This document shows positions 9,811 through 20,730 of a DNA stretch of 64,000 nt, in pieces. The DNA lies in the NCBI GenBank assembly GCA_963799845.1, contig CAWCYI010000004.1, positions 128,001 through 192,000 of the forward strand. Reading direction: 5' to 3'. This DNA is from an uncultured Nitrososphaerota archaeon (lineage in GTDB: Archaea > Thermoproteota > Nitrososphaeria > Nitrososphaerales > CADDZS01). The translations under genes were made by a program, and so were the position numbers. How positions within the stretch are numbered: position 1 is the first letter of the stretch; each line of letters starts with the position of its first letter. The notes beneath the pieces are model-generated. The model was not told the DNA's origin. It ran no database searches and saw only the letters and a program-made list of their open reading frames with translations.

Positions 9811-10794
9811 ATGCCTAGATCTAGAAGGGCTGGCAAGAAATCTTCCGGATATCCATTTCCAGAGATCAGAGATCTTGTGTTGAGTGAGGATTCTAGCGTC
9901 AATGACATCCTAGTCCAGATGAGATCTTCAGGAGGCTTCCAGGCGAGGTACGTTGCCGAATCGGTCGATATTCTAGAAGAAATGTGCAGAGATGAAAAGT
10001 GCGTAAAGTTTCTTTCCTTCCCGGCAGCGATCATTTCAACTGGCAATCGGGGCGTGATCAAGGAACTCGTCAAGAGAAAATTGTGCGATGCAGTGATCAC
10101 CACCTGCGGCACACTAGATCACGATCTGGCAAGGAGCTACAAGTCCTATCATTCGGGCGGAGAGTTTGCAATGGACGACATTGACCTAGAAAGAAAGGGA
10201 TTCCACAGATTAGGCAATGTGCTGATACCGACGGACAACTACGGCCCGCTAGTAGAAGAAAAAGTTCAGAAAGTGCTTCTGAATATGTATTCCAATGGAG
10301 AGAATGAACCATCCACTAAGCTACTTTGTCAGAGGCTGGGAGAATCAATTCGCGATGAAAGCTCTATACTTCACTGGGCAGCCAAAAACGAGATCCCCAT
10401 GTTCATTCCTGGAATAACAGACGGCGCCGTCGGAAGTCAGTGTTGGCTGTTTTATCAAACCCGCAAGGACTTTAAGCTTGATCTTTTGAAAGACGAGCAG
10501 GCCATATCTGACATCGTGTATTCTGCAAAAAGCAGCGGTGCCCTCATGATGGGTGGCGGGATTTCAAAGCACCACACGTTGTGGTGGAATCAGTTTAGGG
10601 GAGGTCTGGATTATGCTGTCTACATCACGTCGGCAACCGAGTTAGATGGCAGCCTTTCAGGCGCTCAAATTCGCGAGGCAATCTCATGGGGAAAAGTTTC
10701 GCCAAAGGCAAAACAAGTCACGATTTTCGGAGAAGTCACATCTATACTCCCCTTTTTGGTCACCGCTCTAATTCAAAGGCTCACCACATTTTAG
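9811..10794 (+). CDS. dys: Deoxyhypusine synthase
   Basis: TTCGTLDHD, PGITDGAVG, GGGISKHH, DGSLSGA..REAISWGK. Confidence 0.95.
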   Translation: MPRSRRAGKKSSGYPFPEIRDLVLSEDSSVNDILVQMRSSGGFQARYVAESVDILEEMCRDEKCVKFLSFPAAIISTGNRGVIKELVKRKLCDAVITTCGTLDHDLARSYKSYHSGGEFAMDDIDLERKGFHRLGNVLIPTDNYGPLVEEKVQKVLLNMYSNGENEPSTKLLCQRLGESIRDESSILHWAAKNEIPMFIPGITDGAVGSQCWLFYQTRKDFKLDLLKDEQAISDIVYSAKSSGALMMGGGISKHHTLWWNQFRGGLDYAVYITSATELDGSLSGAQIREAISWGKVSPKAKQVTIFGEVTSILPFLVTALIQRLTTF

Positions 10795-10901
10795 AGCGCA
10801 TTGTAAAACTTATAACTCGTTTTTCGTGCAAGCCCTGTATTCCGTCGTAAATTCGCGTTCCAAGAAGTATGGAAAGCATGTCAAAGGTCGATTTTTGAAA
10901 A

Positions 10902-13041
10902 ATGAGCATTGATTATGGTCTAGTCGGAGTGGCGGGCGCAGTATTAGCGCTTCTTTATGCGATAGTACTCTTCGGATTCGTGCGAAGACAGGATGCAGGT
11001 ACCCCCAAGATGAAGGAAATAGCGTCTGCAGTGAGGCAGGGTGCGGATGCATTTCTAAGCAGAGAGTATCGAGTCATCGCCCCGTTTGCCGTTGTAATTG
11101 TCATCCTGATTTACGTCTTCATCGACATTCCTCTCGGAACTAATGGAGCTACCGCGATAGGATTCGCAATCGGTGCTGCCTTATCCGCAATAGCCGGTTA
11201 TATCGGAATGGCCGTTACTGTACGTACTCAGCTCAAGGACTGCCCAGGCTGCGAAGAAGGGGCTCGGCAGCGCTCTAAACCTGGCTTTCCGCGGGGGCGG
11301 AGTAATGGGAATGGCCGTCGTCGGCTTTGGTCTGCTCGGGGTTTCAATTTTCTATCTGGCGTTTGAGAAAACCATAACGACTACGCCGGTGGTTGTCGCT
11401 GGCTTGGGTTTCGGTGCATCGCTTATTGCGATGTTCATGAGGGTATCCGGAGGTATTTACACCAAAGCCGCTGACGTAGGCGCAGACATTGTTGGAAAAA
11501 CCGAAGTCGGAATTCCAGAGGACGATCCCAGGAATCCGGCAGTTATCGCAGACAATGTCGGTGACAATGTAGGGGACTGCGCGGGGATGGGCGCGGATGT
11601 TTACGAGTCATTTGTTGTTACCGCAATCGCGGCAATAATTCTTGCAGCCCTAATTGGATCTCCCGCAAATCTCGCGAGCATCACCGGGTCGAACCAGCTC
11701 CTAGTCTTGCCGCTACTCCTGGGAGCCGCGGGGATAGTGGGTTCAATTCTGGGTGGACTGTACATTCGCTCGTCGATAAAGAAAGATCCTTTGGGAGCTC
11801 TTAACATCGCTTTGATTATTTCTGCAATAATCGCCATAACGATTGATTTTGAATTTGTGAATGTACTTTTTGGAGGAAGCAAGTTGGGCTACTATCTGCT
11901 TGCGAGTGCAGTCGTTGGAGTTGTCGTAGTAATAGCAATTGAACGTGTAGCGGATTACTTCACGTCTTACAAGTATCCGCCAGTGAGGGAGATTGCTGAA
12001 GCGAGTCAAACCAGTGCTGCTACAAACTTTCTTGCAGGTTATACAGTCGGACTACAGAGTACCGCCCCTTCAGCAGTCGTGCTGGTTGTTGCAATTTTGG
12101 CATCGTATTATCTCGGCTATGCGGGTTCAGGTTCTAATGCCCTAATGGGTGTTTACAGTACGGCTATAGCGACGATGTCCATGCTGTCGCTGACCGGAGT
12201 CGTTATGTCTATCGATGCATTCGGTCCAATTACCGACAATGCTAATGGAATAGTCGAGATGGCCGGACTAGAAGAGAGCGTTCGCAACGTTACGGACGAG
12301 CTTGACGCGGTCGGAAATACCACGAAGGCAACGACCAAGGCATTCGCGGTGATGTCAGCAGCTCTCGCAGCGATCTCGATTTTCGAAGCCTTCCAGAGCG
12401 AAGTAAACAGGCAAATTGCGTTGCATAATCTTTACTCGAAATATGGTCTGGCTCAGGGAGCGACCCTGACATTTGTTCTTACCGATCCTCTTGTGATTGT
12501 CGGTCTTTTCATTGGCGGTGTATTGCCGTTCTTCTTCTCGAGTTTCCTTATCGGCGCTGTTCAAAGAGCTGCGTTCAAGATGGTCAATGAGGTAAGGAGG
12601 CAGTTCAAAGAAATCCCTGGCATCATGGATGGGACGGCAAAACCTGATTATGCGAAAGCAGTAGACATCAGCACCACGGCCGCCCTAAAGGAGCTTGCCG
12701 CTCCGGCACTGGTTGCGGTACTAAGTCCGATCGTGGTCGGATTCATTTTGGGGCCTCTTGCCCTTGGAGGCTTGTTGATTGGGAGCGTCGTTTCAGGAGT
12801 TTTCCTTGCATTTTTGATGACGAATGGAGGTGCAGCGTGGGACAACGCGAAGAAGTACATCGAAACTGGACAATACGGTGGAAAGAAGAGTCCAGCTCAC
12901 ACCGCGGCAGTAATGGGAGATACTGTCGGTGACCCGTTCAAGGATACCGCGGGGCCAGCGATCAATTCCCTGATCAAGGTCTTGAATACGATCTCGATAG
13001 TTTTCGTCTCGGCAATAGTCGTCTTCGCCCTGCTAGCTTAA
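10902..13041 (+). CDS. hppA: Membrane-bound H+-translocating pyrophosphatase, K+-independent type (frameshift near 11230)
   Basis: GGIYTKAADVGAD, EDDPRNPAVIADNVGDNVGD, GNTTKA (Lys marks K+-independent type), GDTVGDPFKDT; ORFs 10902 and 11305 join as VRT-SSRTAQAA. Confidence 0.93.
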
Positions 13042-13090
13042 GTCTGCTCAATAACATACAAAAGGATGCCAGAAAGACTGTCCCGAGTGT

Positions 13091-13231
13091 GGAGGGGTGG
13101 CGGAGAGGTCACGCGTCCGCCTGCAGTTCAAGGCAAGCTATCTTTGAGCTCTCGAAGCAAAGATTAGTAGTAAGCGGATTCTCGCCAATCAGCTAGACGC
13201 AAATATGTGGGTTCGAATCCCACCCCCTCCT
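13091..13231 (+). tRNA. tRNA-Cys(GCA) with two introns (about 13127-13172 at 37/38; about 13180-13202 at 44/45)
   Basis: Acceptor GGAGGGG/CCCCTCC, anticodon stem TCCGC/GCGGA, T-arm GTGGG-TTCGAAT-CCCAC; BHB-like motifs at both inserts. Confidence 0.9.
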
Positions 13232-13530
13232 TATCTACAGTAAATTACATGACCACCCTTTCTAGGGTAGGCAGCTTTGTTTGTAGATAGAGATCATTAC
13301 CACAGTGGATTGGCCTCTCATGTCCAAGGAAACCGTATCTTCCATGATCCGGCCTCAAAGTAGGTAGTATAGATGAGAATGCCCTAATTGTTCATATCTC
13401 AAGTTTTTAGATCAACTCAAGCTTGAAAAAGATACAAAATAATTTGAGAGAGAAAGCTGGCCCATTGGCCCAGAAAACGGAGGATTTATAGCACGCTCGC
13501 TATAACGCCTAAATCGGTCTGAAACACAAG

Positions 13531-13936
13531 ATGCAATCGAAGCTTAAAAGGAAAACTTTGAACGTAGGCGTCTTTTTGAAGTTTGGAAAACTTAGGGCTC
13601 TTAGAACCGTTCCTCGAAAAATTCAACAAATTTTGAAGTTAGCTGAGATAAAGATCCTTCCTACGGCGAAGATTACGGCCAGAACAATTTCAAAATTTCC
13701 TCAAACTCTCAAGCTCGTTGAGGTCAAGATCGCTCCCCTTTCGAAATCCAGGATCAACACGAAGATTCCAACTACAAAGCTCGAGCTACCCAACGGAAAG
13801 GATTACCAATTTTCCTATTGAGGTTGGCAGGACTCTGGATGGGTTTCTTTCTTTACCGATGTGGTTCACCATGCCTGTGATATTTGCGGCTGGCTTCACC
13901 CTTGAGACTGTAGTATCCTTATTGATGCGATTGTAA
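13531..13936 (+). CDS. Hypothetical basic protein with a C-terminal hydrophobic segment (two overlapping ORFs, probable frameshift)
   Basis: Lys/Arg-rich ORF with internal repeat (KIQQILKLAEIKILP / KFPQTLKLVEVKIAP), then overlapping ORF ending in a TM-like helix. Confidence 0.3.
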
Positions 13937-14557
13937 CTTTGCATGAAGAATCAATAATGGTATTTTTTTGTCTGTCGTGCGACTGGCCTGCCGAATCTAC
14001 GCTCAATGAAGGAAGCATTCGCAGCCTAAGATCGAGCAGAATAGCTTCTTAACTTCTATCGACGACGGGATCAAGTGATCGAGTCTAAAATTCGCGTTAA
14101 GCGGAAAAATTCCGCACAAATTTTTCCAAACTTGTGAACACTTAGCTGTAATCCTTCTCTTGTTTGTTGGGACTACGACGCGGGCTGCTCAGGCATCAAC
14201 AGGTTAGCGTGCATTCGACTTTATCGGTTCCAAAATCAGAATCAACCAAAGTCAGGCCGCAGCCAGACGATAGCCGGCGCTGCAGCTGTCAATATTTGAC
14301 AGAGCTCCTGTCTATAGACATTGCTCATCTTATCGAGACACCCGTAGTTGTCGGCGAGATTGTGTACGTAACTTGAATCGGAACTATCTACGCGGTAAAG
14401 GAAACGAACAGCAAAATCGAACTGGTTCCGAGAGAAGGTTACCTGCTAGAAAGAACGACAGAGCTGACACTTGTGGGATCTATTGTCTCTGAAAGCGCAA
14501 CGGGTCTTCGCCGTCTCCTTGAAATGACTCAAGACTTAAACGGAGGTTTGAGCAATA

Positions 14558-15281
14558 ATGACGTCTGGGATCGAATACGGCAAAGACTAAAAAGTGCCCT
14601 ATGTGTGACACCATGAACGATCAGAGTGCGAAATCCTGCAGCTACTGCGGCTATCTTTTTGAGGAATTCGGTACTCCCGGAGTAACGGTGAGTGACAGCA
14701 AGCCATCACCACAGCCTTCTGTTGGTCCTTTGAATACTGTTTCGCCACCTTCTAGTCAGGACCCCGTGACTCCAGTTTATCCATCCGCCACTGTATCCAG
14801 CGGCTCTCCGCTGTTTGTCGTAAGTAAATCCCTCCTAGCGTCAATAGTACCGGGTATCGCTTATCTTTTGTTCATCGTCGTGATCAGTTCGTACTCCTCC
14901 GTCGGCCTGTACTCTCTCCTGTTGATTGTTTTACTCGTCGCCGCCTCTGTGGTTCCCATTCTGTTCACCCCTAGGAAATTCGAGTTTTTTGATAATTCCC
15001 TCAGGATACACAAGATAATCGGCGGAGATTCAGAATTCCAGTATGCTGACCTCACGATGTTCGACTCTCCGACCAGGCGGAGATCTCAGATCGTTCTTTC
15101 CGCAGCCGGGCAGAGAAGGCCCATACTAATTCCAAGTAATCCGACGAATAAAGAACTGAACATAGATCTGAAGCAATTTCTCAGCTCGAAACTCAAGAAG
15201 CCAGAAACCGCTCAGAATCCAGATCAACAGGAAAGTCTCGGTGATGGAACGTCTACGACAAACTCAGATAAGGTATCTTGA
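14558..15281 (+). CDS. Zinc-ribbon membrane protein with PH-like C-terminal domain
   Basis: KKCPMC..SCSYCG ribbon, Pro/Ser linker, two TM helices; probable frameshift near the 5' end (about 14580). Confidence 0.6.
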
Positions 15282-15288
15282 GTCCCGG

Positions 15289-16178
15289 TCAACTTTTCAC
15301 TGGAGAAACATCTTTCGAGTCGGCAAGTGGATTCTGCTTTTTCTCCTCTCTCCAGTTCGAAATGAAGATACCGAAAAACATCACCCCCGCCCCAAATATT
15401 GAAAGGTAGCTGGGTATCGTAGACGATCTGATACTGTCGATGAGGATCGATGTTGCCGGGACTGCGAAAGCCGATGTCGTAATTCTTCCCACCCTACCCC
15501 GGCGAAGCAGGCCATTCCATAGATAGTATTGGATCACTCCGGTAAAGACTACGACATAGATGAGATCAAAAAATAGATTTGTCGAAGGGTTAAATTTTTG
15601 CAGGAACAGCGAACCGATTATGAGCGGAATAGAACCAACGAGAAACTGGGTAGTAAGAATTGGGATAGGATCTCTATCACGGAGTTTTCTGTAATAGACG
15701 CTGTAAGCCGCCCAGAAGATCGCGTTCACGACAGTAAGGATCGCGCCTATGAGCAATGACCCGTGATTCAAAGTCAGCGAGTAAAGGACAACTCCACTGA
15801 AACCTACAATTGCTCCCAACAGCTCTCTGACCGAAACTCTTTCCTTGATCGAAAAGTAAGCAATTGGGATCGAAAAAAGTGGCATGGTGTAGCTCAAGAC
15901 TGCCGAGTCTCCCGGCGAAACATATTGAAGCCCGGTGGCCCAGAGACCGGTACTGATGGAAGCGAATATTGCGATCTTCAAGGAGTCCCTATCCAAGGAG
16001 AGCTTCTGCACCCAGCGAAGTAAAATATCGCTCCGACGAAGAGATATCTCAACGACATCAGGACAAAAGGGGACGCGTAAGTTAGCCCGTCTTTCGTAAA
16101 CTGGTACTGAAGGGACGCGACAAGTACGTAAGGTACAAACCATTTGATTATGGTGTTGCCATCCTTTCTTGATTGCAT
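15289..16178 (-). CDS. EamA/DMT family transporter (frameshift near 16020)
   Basis: About 10 TM helices, SPFVLMSLRY, GLQYVSPGDSAVLSYTMP. Confidence 0.85.
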
Positions 16179-16270
16179 GTTTAGGTTCCGGACTCTATTC
16201 GTCACAAATCTATCCAGCCGTCGTCTAAAGACTGGACACAGCTCAGGACCAAGCCTGAGAGAAGTTACTT

Positions 16271-16492
16271 CTATTTCGTAGCAGACGCCTTGAACGTGGG
16301 CATACAATACTGGCAACCTGAATAGAGTAGATCCGTTGGAATATTGAGCCACTCAAACATTTGGATCCTCGATCGCGGTATCGAGTCCACCTTGCAGCTG
16401 GGAGTCTCTTTGTCCAAGTCGTGCAAAATCTTGGTATCCGAATCTCCGACGTATCTCTTTCCAAAATACGGTGCGTTTAGTCTGCGTGCCAG
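16271..16492 (-). CDS. Small metal-binding protein, 73 aa, CTG start (absent from ORF track)
   Basis: MARRLNAPYFGKRYVGDSDTKILHDLDKETPSC...YSGCQYCMP; H/C..CxxC layout reminiscent of Ada-type metal-binding domains. Confidence 0.6.
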   Translation of the reverse strand: MARRLNAPYFGKRYVGDSDTKILHDLDKETPSCKVDSIPRSRIQMFEWLNIPTDLLYSGCQYCMPTFKASATK

Positions 16493-16615
16493 TTCAGTTA
16501 CCCCGCTCTAAAAATTGAAATTCTTCGCGTGGATATTTAAAGCACGGGCAGGGCAAATTCAGAATCCACGCTTAATTTAAATACGAACCGAGCACGAACG
16601 CGCCCTGAAACACAA

Positions 16616-16762
16616 ATGGTGACGGGTTACTGCGTCAAATGCAAAAAGAAGCGCGAGATGAAAAGTCCAAAACAGGTCACGCTGAAAAATGGTCGTCCCG
16701 CCGTCTCTGGAACTTGTACCGTGTGCGGTACTAAAATGTTCAAAATTGGCAAGATGTCTTAG
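16616..16762 (+). CDS. DUF5679-like small zinc-ribbon protein, 48 aa (absent from ORF track)
   Basis: MVTGYCVKCKKKREMKSPKQVTLKNGRPAVSGTCTVCGTKMFKIGKMS. Confidence 0.85.
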   Translation: MVTGYCVKCKKKREMKSPKQVTLKNGRPAVSGTCTVCGTKMFKIGKMS

Positions 16763-16798
16763 CCGGCATCCGAGCCTTCCCTTCCCAATCCGAACTCC

Positions 16799-16829
16799 GG
16801 AGGAAATCTGCTTTCCTCCGTCTTTTTTT
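16799..16829 (+). terminator. Hairpin plus T-tract terminator
   Basis: GGAGGAAA-tctgc-TTTCCTCC followed by gtcttttttt. Confidence 0.55.
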
Positions 16830-16919
16830 CTGAAATAATTTTTTTCCTCATGATTTTATTCGTGATCATAGCAAAGTTTTAAGACAATAAACGAGAGATC
16901 AGTCATTGCGAAAAGTATC

Positions 16920-17165
16920 ATGTTGCCCCAGATGCCCCCTTCGAAGGCAGTTGGATTCAAACCACTCGCTGAAGAATGGAATTATTATTCGATTGACGAT
17001 GGCTACGTTCTCGGAGTAAAGCTGGTCCTCACGAAGGTTTTGAAGACGACTCAGACTGACCCTTCTGGTGCCCCGATTTACGTCATTCAGCATCAACCTG
17101 CAGTTCAGGTTTTGACTCAGGAAGAATACAAGAGCATTACGAGTCGAAACATCATCTCAAAGTAG
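16920..17165 (+). CDS. Hypothetical protein
   Basis: 81 aa ORF with beta-rich pattern (EEWNYYSIDDG..LGVKLVL..DPSGAPIY). Confidence 0.65.
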   Translation: MLPQMPPSKAVGFKPLAEEWNYYSIDDGYVLGVKLVLTKVLKTTQTDPSGAPIYVIQHQPAVQVLTQEEYKSITSRNIISK

Positions 17166-17286
17166 TTGTCCTTACTGGTTTTATCCGCCCCAGCAAGGCG
17201 GGATATTTTTGTGGTCTTGTAGCTATTTTCATTTTGCGCTTCGTTTCCCCTGTTAGAGCGATCAATCTGCTGAGGAAATCCTTCAA

Positions 17287-18750
17287 TTGATTCAGTTCAC
17301 AAATACGCTCGGTCACAAACTCGAACAGTTCGCGCCGATGAAGGAGGGTGAGGTCAAAATGTACACGTGCGGGCCCACGGTCTGGAATTATCCCCACATC
17401 GGAAATTACCGAACCTTCCTCTTCGAGGACCTCCTCAAGCGGTTTCTGAAGTACAGAGGTTTCATCGTCATGCACGTAATGAACCTCACCGATGTGGATG
17501 ATAGAATAATCAAGGTCTGCAATGAACAAGGATTAGATCTCAAAGCGTTTACTGAAAAATACGCGAAAGCATTCTTCGAAGATCTGGACTTCCTCCGCGT
17601 GAATCCGGCCGATTTTTACCCGAGAGCGACAGGCTACATTTCCGAAATGGTCGCGATCATCGAGGGTCTGGTAAGAAAGGAAATCGCATACAGAAGCGAG
17701 GACGGCTCGATATACTACTCGATTTCGAAATTTCCAAACTACGGCGAACTCTCCGGTATCAAAACAACCGAACTCAAGGTGGGTGCGAGGGTCAGGGTGG
17801 ACGACTACGGCAAGGACTCCGCCGAGGACTTTGCGCTCTGGAAGGCGTGGGATCAGAAGGATGGCAAGATCTACTGGGATACTTCGCTGGGAAGGGGCAG
17901 ACCCGGCTGGCACATAGAGTGCTCTGCAATGTCGATGAAGCTCCTTGGAGAGCATTTCGACATCCACACCGGCGGAGTGGATAACATATTTCCGCACCAT
18001 GAAAACGAGATTGCCCAGTCCGAAGGGTTTACCGGTACAAGATTCGTAAATTACTGGCTTCACTCGGAACACCTCCTGATCAATGAGACGAAGATGGCAA
18101 AACGCCTGGGAAATTTCATCACAATTAGAGATATCCGCGAAAAAGGAATAGACGGAGAGACGCTGAGGTATTTCCTTCTTTCCGGCCAGTACAGATCTCA
18201 GCTGAACTTTACCGACTCTTCCCTCGAGCAGGCCGCTTCGTCGGTGAAAAGAATCAATGAATTTGTTAGCAGGCTAGAAGAAGTAGCTGATGAACTCGAA
18301 GACGACGGCTCGCTCGAAACTCAACTCGTGACTCTGGTTGAGGATACGCGGGCGAGATACATCAGCGCACTTGAGGAGGATCTCGACGCACCCAGAGCAC
18401 TGGCAGCTGTCTTCGTTTTAATCTCAGAGGGAAATCGAATGCTGGACCTCGGAGCTTCCAGCAGCCTAGGTGTAGGCGCTCTGCTCAGATTCATGAAAGA
18501 AGATTTTGACTCAATCTTCGCAGTGCTGCATTCCAGCCCCGATCAATCTCTTTCAGAAGAAGAGTCAGCACTGCTAAAGGAAAGGGAGACAGCCAGGCTC
18601 TCGAAAGATTGGGCAAAATCCGACGAACTTCGAAAAAACCTGCTTGCACTCGGCATGGAAGTTCAGGATACGCCGGCCGGACAGAAGTGGCGCAGGATAT
18701 CCAAAAGAGTAGGGACGCCGGGAGCCGGATTCGAACCGACGAGGCCGTAG
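17287..18750 (+). CDS. cysS: Cysteine--tRNA ligase
   Basis: [42 protein letters not shown]. Confidence 0.96.
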   Translation: MIQFTNTLGHKLEQFAPMKEGEVKMYTCGPTVWNYPHIGNYRTFLFEDLLKRFLKYRGFIVMHVMNLTDVDDRIIKVCNEQGLDLKAFTEKYAKAFFEDLDFLRVNPADFYPRATGYISEMVAIIEGLVRKEIAYRSEDGSIYYSISKFPNYGELSGIKTTELKVGARVRVDDYGKDSAEDFALWKAWDQKDGKIYWDTSLGRGRPGWHIECSAMSMKLLGEHFDIHTGGVDNIFPHHENEIAQSEGFTGTRFVNYWLHSEHLLINETKMAKRLGNFITIRDIREKGIDGETLRYFLLSGQYRSQLNFTDSSLEQAASSVKRINEFVSRLEEVADELEDDGSLETQLVTLVEDTRARYISALEEDLDAPRALAAVFVLISEGNRMLDLGASSSLGVGALLRFMKEDFDSIFAVLHSSPDQSLSEEESALLKERETARLSKDWAKSDELRKNLLALGMEVQDTPAGQKWRRISKRVGTPGAGFEPTRP

Positions 18751-18870
18751 AACGGCCACGGGCTGTCTTTACATCGTGAATCGGACTCAAGGCCTGCGCT
18801 CCAATGGGCAATCCGCCCGATTGAAACCGCGCAATAGTCCACTCTGCCTTCAGGTCTACCAAATCCCGGC
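18716..18870 (-). tRNA. tRNA-Ser(UGA) with three introns (18849-18862 at 8/9; 18794-18826 at 29/30; 18765-18785 at 37/38)
   Basis: Spliced product GCCGGGA TG GCAGAGTGGACTATTGC G CGGGC CT TGA GA GCCCG T GGCCGTTCTACGGCC TC GTCGG TTCGAAT CCGGC TCCCGGC G; long variable arm, G73. Confidence 0.9.
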
Positions 18871-18993
18871 AAGCACACGATGGCTGCCTTATCCCGGCGG
18901 TGTCGTTCACGAACTCTAATCGCCAGCTTAAAATCGTTTGTTTGCGCCCAGTTATCTCCTTACCTTCAAAAAAGATGGAGAATTCTGCGGCAA

Positions 18994-19431
18994 TTGAGCG
19001 AGACATCCCAGGGCTTCAGGTTCTTGGAACACATGACAGATGCCGAGATCGAAGCTTACGGCGCAAATATCGACGAGGCGTTTCAGAACGCCGGCAGAGC
19101 CGTTGAGCAGATGATGGTCAATCTCGGCTCCATCGACAGGGTTGAATCGAGAGAGATCAAAGTGAGTGGTAGAGATCTCGAGTCACTGCTCTACGATTGG
19201 ATAGAGGCGCTCATCTCCATTCAAGATGAAGACGGGCTACTTTTTTCTTCCTTTGTTTGCAAGGTTTCAAAAAATTCTTCTGGATATTTTCTTCTCGCGA
19301 AAGCGGTGGGAGAAAAGTTCAATCCTGAAAAACATGAACAGAAAACTGCGATCAAGGCTCCCACGTTCCACGACATGAGAATTTCCTTGGGGATTGATAA
19401 GGTGACCTTGCGATTTCTAATCGACCTGTAA
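18994..19431 (+). CDS. Archease (RtcB activator)
   Basis: FRFLEHMTDAEIEAYG, IKAPTFHDM, C-terminal IDL; TTG 18994. Confidence 0.92.
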   Translation: MSETSQGFRFLEHMTDAEIEAYGANIDEAFQNAGRAVEQMMVNLGSIDRVESREIKVSGRDLESLLYDWIEALISIQDEDGLLFSSFVCKVSKNSSGYFLLAKAVGEKFNPEKHEQKTAIKAPTFHDMRISLGIDKVTLRFLIDL

Positions 19432-19467
19432 TGTTAAAAACAGGTCTAGATGACCCTGAGGCTCGCA

Positions 19468-19788
19468 ATGTCCAGAGTAATTGAACTGACCTCGAAGAAT
19501 TTTGATAATATGTTGAAATCCTCCAAGAAATTATTTGTTGACTTTTGGGCGCCGTGGTGTGGGCCCTGCCTTCGAATGAATCCGGTTGTTGAGAAGCTGG
19601 CAGACAAGCACTCGTCGATTACTTTTGCGAAGCTGAACGTGGACGACAATCAGGATATTGCTAACAGATTCCACATCTCCTCAATTCCTGCCTACTTGAT
19701 GTTCAATGAATCTACCCCGGCGTCGAGCAAGATCGGAGCCACTTCCGAGGCTGATCTGGAACGGTTCCTCGACGACAGATGGCCTTAA
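19468..19788 (+). CDS. trxA: Thioredoxin
   Basis: VDFWAPWCGPC, KLNVDDN, SIP. Confidence 0.93.
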   Translation: MSRVIELTSKNFDNMLKSSKKLFVDFWAPWCGPCLRMNPVVEKLADKHSSITFAKLNVDDNQDIANRFHISSIPAYLMFNESTPASSKIGATSEADLERFLDDRWP

Positions 19789-19813
19789 GAAATCACAAAT
19801 TTCCCCTTCTGGC

Positions 19814-20725
19814 GTGTCAGAGCTCCGAAAAATTTCGGTAATAGGTTTCGGGCTGATGGGAGCCCAGATAAGCCAGGTTCTATCTCTCGCCGGATACGAT
19901 GTAACTGCTTACGACATTGACGATAACAGGCTCCGCATTGGCGTCAGTTTAATCAAATCAGGAAAGTACGGTCTTGAAAATTCAGTAAAAAGCGGCAGAA
20001 TTTCGAGCGATGATGCAAACAGTGCTCTCTCGAGGATCGCGACTACCACCTCTCTCGAAAAAGCCCTTGATCACGCTCAATTTGTTCTTGAAGCCGCGGT
20101 TGAAGAACTCAAAACTAAACAGAAGATCTTCAAGGAGGCGGCGCGGCGAGCTGATGGGGATGCAGTACTTGCCACGAACACCTCCACGATCGGCATTGGA
20201 CGAATCGGCCAGAGTCTACAGCCAAAAGACCGGGAGCGTCTCGCGGGAATGCACTTTTTCAATCCGCCGCAGGTGATGAAGCTCGTGGAGGTGGTAAGGA
20301 CGAAAAGAACCTCACCGGCAATTATTTCCAGGATTGAAAAGGTCTCGAAAACTCTTGGCAAGATTCCCATAATCGTTTTGGATTATCCCGGATTTGTTGC
20401 AAACAGAATCGGAATAACTGTCTTTTCAGAAACGAGCGCGCTTCTGGAAAAAGGGATCGCAAACGTTCGGGATATCGACCTTAGCATGAGACTCGGCTAC
20501 GGCTATCCTCTGGGTCCATTCGAGTTAGGCGATCTCGTCGGATTGGATGCGAGATTGCGAAACATGAGTTCTCTTTACAAGGAGACCAGAGACGAAAGGT
20601 TTCGTCCTCCCAGGATCCTGCGTCGCCTAGTTGCGGAAGGTTATCTTGGGAATCCAAAAGTCAAGCCCGGGAGCAGGGGAGGTTACTACGAATACTTCGG
20701 ACTGAAACGGCCCTCGGAGATGTAA
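19814..20725 (+). CDS. 3-hydroxyacyl-CoA dehydrogenase (PaaH/Hbd-like)
   Basis: GFGLMG, ATNTST, GMHFFNPP, PGFVANRI, GPFELGDLVGLD. Confidence 0.92.
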   Translation: MSELRKISVIGFGLMGAQISQVLSLAGYDVTAYDIDDNRLRIGVSLIKSGKYGLENSVKSGRISSDDANSALSRIATTTSLEKALDHAQFVLEAAVEELKTKQKIFKEAARRADGDAVLATNTSTIGIGRIGQSLQPKDRERLAGMHFFNPPQVMKLVEVVRTKRTSPAIISRIEKVSKTLGKIPIIVLDYPGFVANRIGITVFSETSALLEKGIANVRDIDLSMRLGYGYPLGPFELGDLVGLDARLRNMSSLYKETRDERFRPPRILRRLVAEGYLGNPKVKPGSRGGYYEYFGLKRPSEM

Positions 20726-20730
20726 CGCTA

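Noticed and set aside
18716-18870. Possible selenocysteine tRNA (long variable arm, TGA)
   Set aside because: The anticodon is UGA (reads UCA, Ser), not UCA, and the stems are standard 7/5
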